A stretch of DNA of 64,000 bases from Parcubacteria group bacterium M10-OD1-1 (GTDB lineage: Bacteria; Patescibacteriota; Minisyncoccia; Moranbacterales; UBA2206): positions 73,993 through 137,992 of the forward strand of contig LSNL01000003.1 in NCBI GenBank assembly GCA_003056145.1, given 5' to 3'. Position 1 is the stretch's first letter. Every line of letters begins with the position of its first letter. The position numbers and the translations under genes were made by a program. The notes below the pieces were generated by a model. It was not told the origin of the DNA. It made no database searches and saw only the letters and a program-made list of their open reading frames with translations. This document shows, piece after piece, positions 52,122 to 60,698 of the stretch.

Positions 52122-53600
52122 ATGAAAACTAAAAATAAAGAGATGAAAGTTTCTAAGATAGGTAATTTTAGATTCAAAGAATTTAAAAATAAAGTTCTTA
52201 TTACAAATGATGGAGGAGATTGGATGTGGCTTAGCTCAGATAATTTTAGTAAGTTATCAACAGGAGAAATTAAAAAAGATAATCGGATATATCAAGAACT
52301 AGTCAAGAAAAATTTTGTAGATGTTGATAAAAAAAAAGTAATAAAGTTGGCCAGAAAATATTTGCGATTAAATCAAACAGTTTTTCAAGGTACTTCTTTA
52401 TTTATTATCGTTTTAACGTTGCGATGTAATCACCGTTGTCTTTATTGTCAGGCTATACCAGAACATCCTAGCAAAAAAGGGTTTGATATGGATAAGGAGC
52501 AAGCAAGAAAAGTAGTAGATTTAATTTTTTGTACGCCTTCTCATTATGTTAATATTGAATTTCAAGGAGGAGAACCTCTTTTGAATTGGGAAATCTTAAA
52601 ATATATAACTAAATATGCTAAAAAAGTTAATAAAGAAAAGAAAAAGGATTTAGGAATTAGTTTAGTGTCTAATCTAACTTTATTAAACGATGAAAAATTA
52701 AAGTATTTATTAGACAACAATATAAGTATTAGTTGTTCTTTTGATGGACCTTCATATGTTCATAATAAAAATAGGCTTTATTTAGAGGATAATAATGGTC
52801 ATAAGGCAGTTGTAGCTAAAATAATCAAAGTTCAAAAAGCGATTAAAGCTAAGAAGAAAATAAATAAAAATAAATTCGTTGATCAACTTAATGCCGTTTT
52901 AACCGTTAGTCGTTTCGCACTTCCTTATCCTAAAAAAATTGTTGATGAGTATTTAAAAAGAGGATTTGGAAATATTTTTATTAGACCCTTAAGTCCTTTC
53001 GGGTTAGAAAGGAAAACTTTAGATATAATCGGTTATAAGGCGGAAGATTTTATCAAGTTCTATATAAAGATGATGGACTATATTCTAAAAATTAATTTAG
53101 AAAAAAAAATGTTCATAGAGAGGACTACTTTCTATGCTTTGAAGAAAATTATACAACAAGAAGATCCTGGATATTATGAAATGAGATCTCCCTGTGGAGC
53201 TGGTATTGGACAGATGGCGTTTGATTATGATGGTAGGATATTCACTTGTGATGAAGGAAGAATGGCAGCTAGAATGGGTTATGATAATTTTATGCTAGGT
53301 GATGTTAATGAAAATGATAATAGGGAAGGTTATAATAAATTGATTGATAATGAAGTTACTAAAACTATGTGTCTAGCTTCATCATTAGATAATTATACTG
53401 AATGTCAAAATTGTCCGTACAAACCATATTGTGGAACTTGTCCTCTAGCAAATTTTATTGAATTCGGAACAATTATGCCTCAAATTTCTAATACTGATCG
53501 TTGTAAAATAAATAAGGCGATGTTTGATTATATCTTTTTAAAAATGAAAAATGAAAAATACCGAGCTATTTTTAACAGTTGGTTGGAAAATTCAAAGTAG
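52122..53600 (+). CDS. hxsB: His-Xaa-Ser system radical SAM/SPASM maturase HxsB
   Basis: LTLRCNHRCLYCQA, IEFQGGEPL, RSPCGAGIGQMAFDYDGRIFTCDEGRM, CQNCPYKPYCGTCP. About 90-aa N-terminal extension (RRE-like). Confidence 0.88.
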   Translation: MKTKNKEMKVSKIGNFRFKEFKNKVLITNDGGDWMWLSSDNFSKLSTGEIKKDNRIYQELVKKNFVDVDKKKVIKLARKYLRLNQTVFQGTSLFIIVLTLRCNHRCLYCQAIPEHPSKKGFDMDKEQARKVVDLIFCTPSHYVNIEFQGGEPLLNWEILKYITKYAKKVNKEKKKDLGISLVSNLTLLNDEKLKYLLDNNISISCSFDGPSYVHNKNRLYLEDNNGHKAVVAKIIKVQKAIKAKKKINKNKFVDQLNAVLTVSRFALPYPKKIVDEYLKRGFGNIFIRPLSPFGLERKTLDIIGYKAEDFIKFYIKMMDYILKINLEKKMFIERTTFYALKKIIQQEDPGYYEMRSPCGAGIGQMAFDYDGRIFTCDEGRMAARMGYDNFMLGDVNENDNREGYNKLIDNEVTKTMCLASSLDNYTECQNCPYKPYCGTCPLANFIEFGTIMPQISNTDRCKINKAMFDYIFLKMKNEKYRAIFNSWLENSK

Positions 53601-53603
53601 TTT

Positions 53604-54764
53604 ATGAAATCAAAAAGTCAAATCAGTAGAAAGAATGATATACCTGAAAGCCTAAATTTATTTTTTACTGACAGATGTAATTTGGACTGTCAATATTGTT
53701 TTGTTAATAAAAATGGACATAAAGAAAATACTTTAGAGGAAGATTCTTTAAAGAAAAGTGTTGATTTGTTATTGGAATATCCTCAAGCAGAGAAAATGAT
53801 TAGTTTCAGTGGAGGGGAACCAATATTAGAATTTTCATTATTAAAGAATATTTGTGACTATGCTAAAAAAAAAGCGTTGCAAAAAAGAAAAAAGTTGCAT
53901 ATGTTTGTTGCTACTAATGGGACACTTCTAAATCAAAAGATAGTAGATTATTTTTCGAAAAATAATATTGCTATTAAAATTAGTCTTGATGGTAGTAAGG
54001 AAACCCATGATAAAAACCGTTCCTTTAAAAATCAATCTCATCTGTCTAGTTTTAAGCAAATAATGGACAATTTAGCTAGTATTGATACTAGTCGATTAAA
54101 TGTTTCAATTTCTATGGTTTTTACTCCCGAAACAATAGATAATCTTTTAGATAATATTAAATTTTTAAATAAAAAATCATTTACTGCTATTAATTTTTAT
54201 CCAGATTTATATGCAAATTGGAAAAAAAATGACTTAATTAAATTTAAACAAACATTTAATAAATTCGCAATTTATTATGTCAATCTCTTTGACCAAAATA
54301 AAGTAAATAATATTTTTAAAAATTATTTTTTGGATTCTATCTTTAACAAAGTGAATAGCAATAAGATGAGTAATTGTGATAAACTAAACTTAAGTTCGTC
54401 AGGTCAATTTTATGTTTGTGATAAAGTTCTTTCTATTAAGGACGTTAAACGAAAAAATTATATCATTGGAAATGTTAAACAAGGTGTTAATAATCAGAAA
54501 AGGATAGAATCTTTAAGAAAAATCAGGGATGATTTTTTGAAAACTAGTAAGCTGAATTGTGAGAAGTGTCAGTATTATGAATATTGTTTCTGTCCAATAG
54601 GACATTATATTTATTTCTCGAATAGTATAGAGAAAAATAAAAATGATTATTGGAAAAATTTTTGTTTTATATCCCGAAACTATAGTAAGATTTTTCTAGC
54701 TATAAATAAATCATTAGAAGATAACAAAAAATATATCAAAATATATAAACAAAATAAGTTGTAG
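53604..54764 (+). CDS. Radical SAM/SPASM-like protein
   Basis: CNLDCQYC, SGGEP, TNG, SLDG; CEKCQYYEYCFCP. Confidence 0.88.
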   Translation: MKSKSQISRKNDIPESLNLFFTDRCNLDCQYCFVNKNGHKENTLEEDSLKKSVDLLLEYPQAEKMISFSGGEPILEFSLLKNICDYAKKKALQKRKKLHMFVATNGTLLNQKIVDYFSKNNIAIKISLDGSKETHDKNRSFKNQSHLSSFKQIMDNLASIDTSRLNVSISMVFTPETIDNLLDNIKFLNKKSFTAINFYPDLYANWKKNDLIKFKQTFNKFAIYYVNLFDQNKVNNIFKNYFLDSIFNKVNSNKMSNCDKLNLSSSGQFYVCDKVLSIKDVKRKNYIIGNVKQGVNNQKRIESLRKIRDDFLKTSKLNCEKCQYYEYCFCPIGHYIYFSNSIEKNKNDYWKNFCFISRNYSKIFLAINKSLEDNKKYIKIYKQNKL

Positions 54765-54777
54765 TATTTTTTAAAAG

Positions 54778-54786
54778 TGGTATAAT
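54778..54786 (+). promoter_or_regulatory. Extended -10 element upstream of the precursor gene
   Basis: TGGTATAAT in the gap between the rSAM stop (54764) and the precursor ATG (54815). Confidence 0.45.
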
Positions 54787-54814
54787 AAAAAAGTAATAGT
54801 TGTTATATAATCCT

Positions 54815-55090
54815 ATGAAAAGAATAAATAATAAGTTTCCAAAAATAAAAAAAGAATTAAAGACTTTTTTATTAAGCGAAGAGGGAAAAATTGTTGAGAA
54901 AGATGCTATTAAATTAGGAATCGCATTAATTGCAGTCGCTGGAATTTTAAGCGGAGTAATGAAAATTAAGGATGTTCACGCAGGAACTTGTGCTCACGTA
55001 TCTCATGGTTCTCATGGTTCTCATGGTTCTCATGGCTCTCATGGCTCTCATGGCTCTCATGGTTCTCATTCTCAAGGTGGTTGGTGTTAA
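54815..55090 (+). CDS. His-Xaa-Ser repeat precursor peptide (HxsA-like), 91 aa
   Basis: Basic N-terminus, FLLSEEG, hydrophobic LGIALIAVAGILSGV, then VHA-GTCA-HVS-(HGS)7-HSQGGWC. ATG 54815 preferred over TTG 54800. Confidence 0.9.
   Translation: MKRINNKFPKIKKELKTFLLSEEGKIVEKDAIKLGIALIAVAGILSGVMKIKDVHAGTCAHVSHGSHGSHGSHGSHGSHGSHGSHSQGGWC
55004..55066 (+). repeat. 7 x 9-bp tandem repeat CATGGYTCT (His-Gly-Ser)
   Basis: catggttct x3, catggctct x3, catggttct x1. Confidence 0.97.
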
Positions 55091-55120
55091 TCTGGCTATT
55101 TAATTTTTAAAATAATTAAA

Positions 55121-56026
55121 ATGAAAAGAAAAATAATTATTGGAGCAATTGTCATTTTATTGCTAGTGATTTTAAGTGCATTGGGACTATTTTTTCTTCG
55201 AGACAATAATCAGACAAGTAATTCTATAAATAATCCTAAAGAACAAACAAGCAATAATATTAAAGCAGGTAACCAAATAAATAATAGTATTAATTTTAAT
55301 AACCAAAAAAACAATAATATCAAAACAGGAAAAATTTTTAAAAGGAGTAACTTACAAGATTGTCAACAAAATTTATTAAAGGATAATTATACTCAGAATG
55401 ATTTTAGTTTAGAATATTATTATGTAGTCAAATCATTTTTAAACAAGAATCAAAAATTTTGTAAATTACTCAGAAATAAAGATTCGGTAGATAATTGTAA
55501 TAATATATATAGTTTGTATGTATCCTTAGCTAATAATAACTGCCAAAGCATTAAAAATAATAAAACTGCTTATTCGTTTTGTTTAGCAAATTCAAAGCAC
55601 AATATTAATCTCTGTCCAACAGAAAATAAAGATTCTCAGCAGATTTGTCAAGCAATTACGAAAGGAGATGAAACAATGTGTCAAGGGCTAAAAGATACAA
55701 AGACTGATCACACTTTAAATCGATGTCGGAATGAAGTTTATTTAGCTAAGGCAGTTGAAAATAAAAATGTTTCTTTATGTCAAAAAATTAAAGCAATCAA
55801 TCCACAGGGATCTGCCGAAAAGTTTATTTGCGATGTTTTCACTGGAGATAGTCAATCTAGTTTAACGAAGGCGCTCAATTCTTTTAAAGAAAATATTTGT
55901 TACGAGCGATACGGAAATGTTACTGCTAAAGAAAAAAATAATAAATCTATTTGTGAAAAAATTCCTTGGAAAAGTGACTTTAGTAAGATAGGATATCAAG
56001 AATGTATTAATCAGTTTAATCAGTAA
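55121..56026 (+). CDS. Membrane-anchored Cys-rich repeat protein
   Basis: N-terminal TM, Asn-rich linker, then repeated paired Cys spaced about 10-15 aa apart. Confidence 0.75.
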   Translation: MKRKIIIGAIVILLLVILSALGLFFLRDNNQTSNSINNPKEQTSNNIKAGNQINNSINFNNQKNNNIKTGKIFKRSNLQDCQQNLLKDNYTQNDFSLEYYYVVKSFLNKNQKFCKLLRNKDSVDNCNNIYSLYVSLANNNCQSIKNNKTAYSFCLANSKHNINLCPTENKDSQQICQAITKGDETMCQGLKDTKTDHTLNRCRNEVYLAKAVENKNVSLCQKIKAINPQGSAEKFICDVFTGDSQSSLTKALNSFKENICYERYGNVTAKEKNNKSICEKIPWKSDFSKIGYQECINQFNQ

Positions 56027-56036
56027 TTATAATTTT

Positions 56037-56954
56037 TTGAGAAATAAATATTTAGCTGAAAATGTTTTAAACCTAGCTGATAATTTAGAAGTCTCTCCCT
56101 TAACAATAAAAAAAACCACTTCTTTCTTAAACAAATTAATCAAATTAGATTCTAAAAAGATAACTCAATTTGAGTTATCTTTTAAGGCTAAGAGGCAGCT
56201 TAAAGAAAAAAGAAAAATTCGGATTTTAAATATTGATTCTAAAGCGTATTCTTATTTTAGCCAAAAATTATACACGAAGAGAATAAATGATTATTATTCA
56301 TTAATTCAAGATAATAATAATCCGTGGTTAGCAAGGTTATTCCGTAGTTTATTATCTATTGCAGATAATCCGTTGGATGTTTATATGGGGGCTGATGTAG
56401 AGAACAATTATTGTCTTTATGCATTCTGGCTAATATTTGGAGGTGCTCAAAAAGACGGAAAAATAAGCTTTGTTAAAAACAGCAATGAGCTAATTAACAA
56501 AATATTTAAAACTCTAAAAATAAAACCAGAATTTCCAGTCAGCAAGGACATACTTAATTTAGGATTTGATATTGATAATAGCTCTTTTTTTTATAAAATT
56601 TATTATTTTTTAAATAAAAATAATTATAATACAATTAGTCAAGAAAGCAGGTCGGTAGTACATACTATTATTAAATTTTTGAAAAATAACCATAAGTATT
56701 GGTTTTTTGTCAGCGAAAGATTTGAAGTAGGGAAAAAAAATATCAATAGAAAAAAAATATACCTAGAGTTCTTAGATGATTTAAAAATAAATCAAGAAGA
56801 AACCTATAAATTACTTGACCATCTATTAAAAATAATTGGATGTGATTATAAAATTAAAAAAATAAAATCCCTGCTGAAAAACATCAAAGGAAAAATTGTT
56901 ATTTTGGCGTTTGAGGATGATGGGACAACAACATTTTATATAAGGCTAGATTGA
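56037..56954 (+). CDS. Hypothetical protein, possibly ABBA-type (LynF/TruF/PatF-like) prenyltransferase fold
   Basis: 305 aa. YMGADV, LGFDI......KIYY and KKIYLE strands are reminiscent of PT-barrels. The ORF is solid but the function is tentative. Confidence 0.35.
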   Translation: MRNKYLAENVLNLADNLEVSPLTIKKTTSFLNKLIKLDSKKITQFELSFKAKRQLKEKRKIRILNIDSKAYSYFSQKLYTKRINDYYSLIQDNNNPWLARLFRSLLSIADNPLDVYMGADVENNYCLYAFWLIFGGAQKDGKISFVKNSNELINKIFKTLKIKPEFPVSKDILNLGFDIDNSSFFYKIYYFLNKNNYNTISQESRSVVHTIIKFLKNNHKYWFFVSERFEVGKKNINRKKIYLEFLDDLKINQEETYKLLDHLLKIIGCDYKIKKIKSLLKNIKGKIVILAFEDDGTTTFYIRLD

Positions 56955-58046
56955 ATGATGAAGATTAATAAAAAAATTAGTAAAATTAAGTTAACATTAA
57001 CTACTAATTGCAATTTGGCTTGCAATTATTGTTTTGTTAAAAAAACTAACGAAAGGACGTCTTTTGATGTGGCTAAAAAAAGTATTGATTTGCTTTTAAA
57101 CTCTCCTGGCAATGAGAAACTACTTTCTTTATACGGAGGAGAACCTCTTCTAATGTTTAGTTTGATTAAACAAATTGTTGCTTATTCTCAGAAGCTAGCT
57201 AGCAAGAACAAAAAAAAACTCACTATTTCCATTTGCACTAATTTAACTTTTATTAATGAAGAAATTAAAAAGTTTATCAAAGAAAATAGCTTAAAGATTA
57301 CAATTAGTGTCGTCGGTATAGCAAAAGATCATAATAAATTCAGAAGCTTTATTAATGGAGTTGGGTCACATCAGAAAGTTATTGAAAATATTAAAGAAAT
57401 TTTCAAAATTTTACCAGCAGAAAATATCGGCATTTCTTTTGTTGTCCTTCCGGAATTAAGTTCACGGTTATTAGATAATATTCAATATATTAATAATCTA
57501 GAGATAAGTAATAAAAATATTAATTTTGAAATAATTCAAGACTATAAGGAATGGGATAAAAATAGCATAGAGAATTTTAAAAATAGTTATAAAAAAATTA
57601 GTCAAAAACTTTTAAGAAGTATTTCACAAAAGAAAAAAACAACATATTTTAATATAATCAATTGGGAATTAGAGAAAAAGGCAATTAGCCAAAAATTAGG
57701 AAATAGTTGTCCGTTTGAGTATTTATTAGAAATCTATCCTTCTGGAGATATTGCGTTCTCTCCATTTTTGTTAAATAAAAAAAATAAAAAGGATTTTATC
57801 ATTGGCAATGTTAAAGAATTAAAATTAAAAAGATATAATAACTGTCAATATATTAAAAATGATAAAAAATGCCAAAAATGTCAACAAATTTATTTTCAAA
57901 AAAATAAAAGTTTTGATAATGCTAATAAAGTAAAAATGTATTATGATATAATAAGTTTAGCCACTGCTAGAATAATTCAAGAAAAAGGAAAATCAGAGAA
58001 ATCATTTAAAAACTATATTACTGAAGCTAAAAAGCGATGTTTTTAA
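56955..58046 (+). CDS. Radical SAM protein
   Basis: CNLACNYC, YGGEPL; reduced C-terminal Cys set (CP...C...CQKC). Confidence 0.88.
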   Translation: MMKINKKISKIKLTLTTNCNLACNYCFVKKTNERTSFDVAKKSIDLLLNSPGNEKLLSLYGGEPLLMFSLIKQIVAYSQKLASKNKKKLTISICTNLTFINEEIKKFIKENSLKITISVVGIAKDHNKFRSFINGVGSHQKVIENIKEIFKILPAENIGISFVVLPELSSRLLDNIQYINNLEISNKNINFEIIQDYKEWDKNSIENFKNSYKKISQKLLRSISQKKKTTYFNIINWELEKKAISQKLGNSCPFEYLLEIYPSGDIAFSPFLLNKKNKKDFIIGNVKELKLKRYNNCQYIKNDKKCQKCQQIYFQKNKSFDNANKVKMYYDIISLATARIIQEKGKSEKSFKNYITEAKKRCF

Positions 58047-58127
58047 ATTTAATTAGTTAAAAATTTGAAGTGAAATAAATTTTGTAATCGGTGTCTCTAC
58101 AGAGTGGGTTTAAATTAATTTAATAGA

Positions 58128-59237
58128 ATGAATAAATCAATTAATAGTAAAGGAGTTTCTTTTTACCCAAGGCAAATAGATATTTGTTTTAGTGAAAAAT
58201 GCAATTTAGATTGTGATTATTGTTTTGTTAATAAGACAAGCGATAAGGTTTTAGATATTAAAAAAATCAAATCAGCTATAGATATTTTTCTGGATTTTCC
58301 AGGAAAAAATAAAACAATTACTTTCACTACCAGCGAACCATTTATTAATCCGAGGCTTTTTAGAGATTCAATAAAATATATTTTTCAAGAGGTTAAGAAA
58401 AAAAATATCAATATTTTGGTTATTGCAACTACCAATGGAATTCTTTTTAATAGAGAAATGCAGGAGTTTATTAAACGGTTAGATGATAGATTTATACTTA
58501 ATTTTAGTCTAGACGGGAAAGAAGATAGTCATAATGCACACAGAAAAATTAAAAATTCCCAAAGCAATTATTTTGAATTAGCAATTAAAAATTTTAGCAA
58601 TTTTTCTAGAAAAAATGGATATGTTAGAATTATTTCTACTATTGCTTCAGACCAAGTAAATTTTTTGCTGACTAATACTGAATTTATTATTAAACAAGGG
58701 TTCTCATATATTGATTTATTTCCTCAACTGTTTAAAATATGGAGTAAAAAAGAAAGAGATGTTTTAGAGAGCAGTTTAAATTCTATAGTTGATAAAATTA
58801 ATAAAAAAGAGGTAAAATTAGATTTAAGGATTCTAAATAGATTATGGGTAAGCACAGATTATGCAAAAATTATGTTGGGAGCAGATGGAAAATTTTATTT
58901 ATTTGAATGGGTGTTACCATTAAAAGAAAAGCATAGAAAGTTATTCCAAATAGGGGATTATCGGCATATTAATTTAGCCAAAAGAAAAAAATTGTTCGAG
59001 CTATTATTTAATCAGATATCAAAAGTAAATAAATCAAAATGTAGTACTTGTGAATATAATGCTTTTTGTTCAGATCCATTACCACTATATTTGTGGAGTC
59101 TATATAATAAATATGATTTTTTAACCTATTTTAAAAACTTTTGTCAAATTTCTAAAATCATGATCAGGATAAGCAATAGAATTAAAATTAAAAATAGAAC
59201 CGATAAAAGTAAATGGGAAGAAGTTATTAAAAAATAA
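58128..59237 (+). CDS. Radical SAM protein with atypical TTSEP motif
   Basis: CNLDCDYC, TTSEP in place of GGEP, TTNG, SLDG, CSTCEYNAFC. Confidence 0.85.
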   Translation: MNKSINSKGVSFYPRQIDICFSEKCNLDCDYCFVNKTSDKVLDIKKIKSAIDIFLDFPGKNKTITFTTSEPFINPRLFRDSIKYIFQEVKKKNINILVIATTNGILFNREMQEFIKRLDDRFILNFSLDGKEDSHNAHRKIKNSQSNYFELAIKNFSNFSRKNGYVRIISTIASDQVNFLLTNTEFIIKQGFSYIDLFPQLFKIWSKKERDVLESSLNSIVDKINKKEVKLDLRILNRLWVSTDYAKIMLGADGKFYLFEWVLPLKEKHRKLFQIGDYRHINLAKRKKLFELLFNQISKVNKSKCSTCEYNAFCSDPLPLYLWSLYNKYDFLTYFKNFCQISKIMIRISNRIKIKNRTDKSKWEEVIKK

Positions 59238-59239
59238 AT

Positions 59240-59941
59240 ATGAAAAAAATTAAAGTAGCTTGCGTAATTAGTGGAGGGAAGGATGGAATTTTTGGATATT
59301 ATCAATCTGTTAAAAAATATAATGTTGCAGTTTTACTGAATTTAAATGACAACAATAAAGATGTGAGTTTTCATCATTATCAAAAAGAATTAGTCGCATT
59401 GCAAGCCAAAGCGATTGGATTGCCATTAATACAAAAGACAGTAGTTGCTCAATATAGAAATCAAAATCTTTTTGAAGAGCAAATTTTTGATATTTTCTCT
59501 AAACTTAAAAAAGATGGGATTAGAGGTGTAATTCTTGGCTATGTTTTAACAGGTGATTATCAGCATGATTTATTAAAAAGAATTTGTAGTGAATTAGAGA
59601 TAAAACTTATTTTACCAAACTATAAAAGAAATTCGAAAATTGTCTTAACGGAAATCATTGAATCAAATATTGTAGCTATTATTACTTCTGTTATGAAAGG
59701 TAAGATTGCTAGGGAGTGGTTAGGGAAGCCAATTGATAAAAAATTCTTAAAGTATTTAATGAATAAAAAAAATATAGATTTTTGTGGTGACAAAGGAGAA
59801 TTTCACACTTTTGTTGTAGACGCCCCATTTTTTAAAAAGAAAATTTATTTTAATGAAATAGAAAAAAATAAAATACCTCTCAAAGATGATTTTTATGAAT
59901 ATTGTTTGAAAATTAAAAAATATTCTTTTCAGGATAGATAA
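59240..59941 (+). CDS. Diphthine--ammonia ligase (Dph6)-like ATP pyrophosphatase
   Basis: PP-loop SGGKDG, LQAKAIGLPL, WLGK, DFCGDKGEFHTFVVDAPFF. Confidence 0.85.
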   Translation: MKKIKVACVISGGKDGIFGYYQSVKKYNVAVLLNLNDNNKDVSFHHYQKELVALQAKAIGLPLIQKTVVAQYRNQNLFEEQIFDIFSKLKKDGIRGVILGYVLTGDYQHDLLKRICSELEIKLILPNYKRNSKIVLTEIIESNIVAIITSVMKGKIAREWLGKPIDKKFLKYLMNKKNIDFCGDKGEFHTFVVDAPFFKKKIYFNEIEKNKIPLKDDFYEYCLKIKKYSFQDR

Positions 59942-59952
59942 TTTTTAAAAAT

Positions 59953-60675
59953 ATGGAGAATAATAATATTTATATTTTAAATTTAGACTCTTGCAATCAA
60001 AGATGTTTATTCTGTATGAAAGTAGATGATTTGAATAATAATAACCATATTAAAGAATTAGCTGATGTAAAAAAAGAAATATTTAAGGCCAAAGAAAATG
60101 GCTATCAACTAATTGATTTTTTTGGAGGAGAGCCAACTGTTTTTTCTTTTCTTTCTAAATCCATTTCTTTAGCACAGAAGAATGGAATGTTAGTGATGTT
60201 AGCCACTAATGGGGTAAAATTTTCTTCGAAAGAATATGCAACCAATTTTTTTAAAGAAATAGATTCACAAAAGATAACTTTTAGAGTATCAATGCATAGT
60301 CAAAATCACGGAGTACATGATTACATAACTCAATTAAAGGGAAGTCACAAAAGAACAGAAACTGGAATCTTAAACATATTAAATTATGTTGAGAAATTAA
60401 CAGCTAATATTGTGATAACATCTTTAAATTTTAAAGAGTTGAGTAAAATAGTTCAATATTTACATGGTTTAGGAGTGAAAGGTGTAAAGTTCTCTGCTTT
60501 GCAATTGCAAGGGGAGATTCTAAAGAATAAACGATTAATTGTTGATTATAAAGAATTTAGGAAATACCTTTTAGAGGCGGTACTATTGTCAAAAAAATTA
60601 AAATTTAAAAGCATTGAAATTGAGAAAATTAATAAAAGTGAATTGAATAAATTAAATTTTGTAAAGTTTCTATAA
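59953..60675 (+). CDS. Radical SAM protein, short (no C-terminal Cys cluster)
   Basis: CNQRCLFC, FGGEPT, ATNG, HDYITQLKGS. Confidence 0.85.
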   Translation: MENNNIYILNLDSCNQRCLFCMKVDDLNNNNHIKELADVKKEIFKAKENGYQLIDFFGGEPTVFSFLSKSISLAQKNGMLVMLATNGVKFSSKEYATNFFKEIDSQKITFRVSMHSQNHGVHDYITQLKGSHKRTETGILNILNYVEKLTANIVITSLNFKELSKIVQYLHGLGVKGVKFSALQLQGEILKNKRLIVDYKEFRKYLLEAVLLSKKLKFKSIEIEKINKSELNKLNFVKFL

Positions 60676-60698
60676 CTATTTAAGTCTATAATGAGATT

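Larger units (their letters stand above)
43138..60675 (+). other. Expanded His-Xaa-Ser (Hxs) RiPP-like biosynthetic gene cluster, 17 co-oriented genes
   Basis: HxS-repeat precursor, HxsB-like and HxsD-like genes, 8 CxxxCxxC enzymes, YcaO and other tailoring genes, with mostly short intergenic gaps. Confidence 0.88.

Noticed and set aside
54975-54995. HAGTC as a lipobox making the precursor a normal lipoprotein
   Set aside because: It does not fit [LVI][ASTVI][GAS]C and is separated from the hydrophobic stretch by charged residues.
55004-55066. 9-bp tandem repeat as a CRISPR array or non-coding VNTR
   Set aside because: There are no spacers. It is in frame in the precursor and varies only at the synonymous Gly position.
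43138-60675. Eight rSAM enzymes matching eight HxS triplets one-to-one
   Set aside because: Seven triplets are identical and repeat number is likely variable, so the match is probably coincidence.
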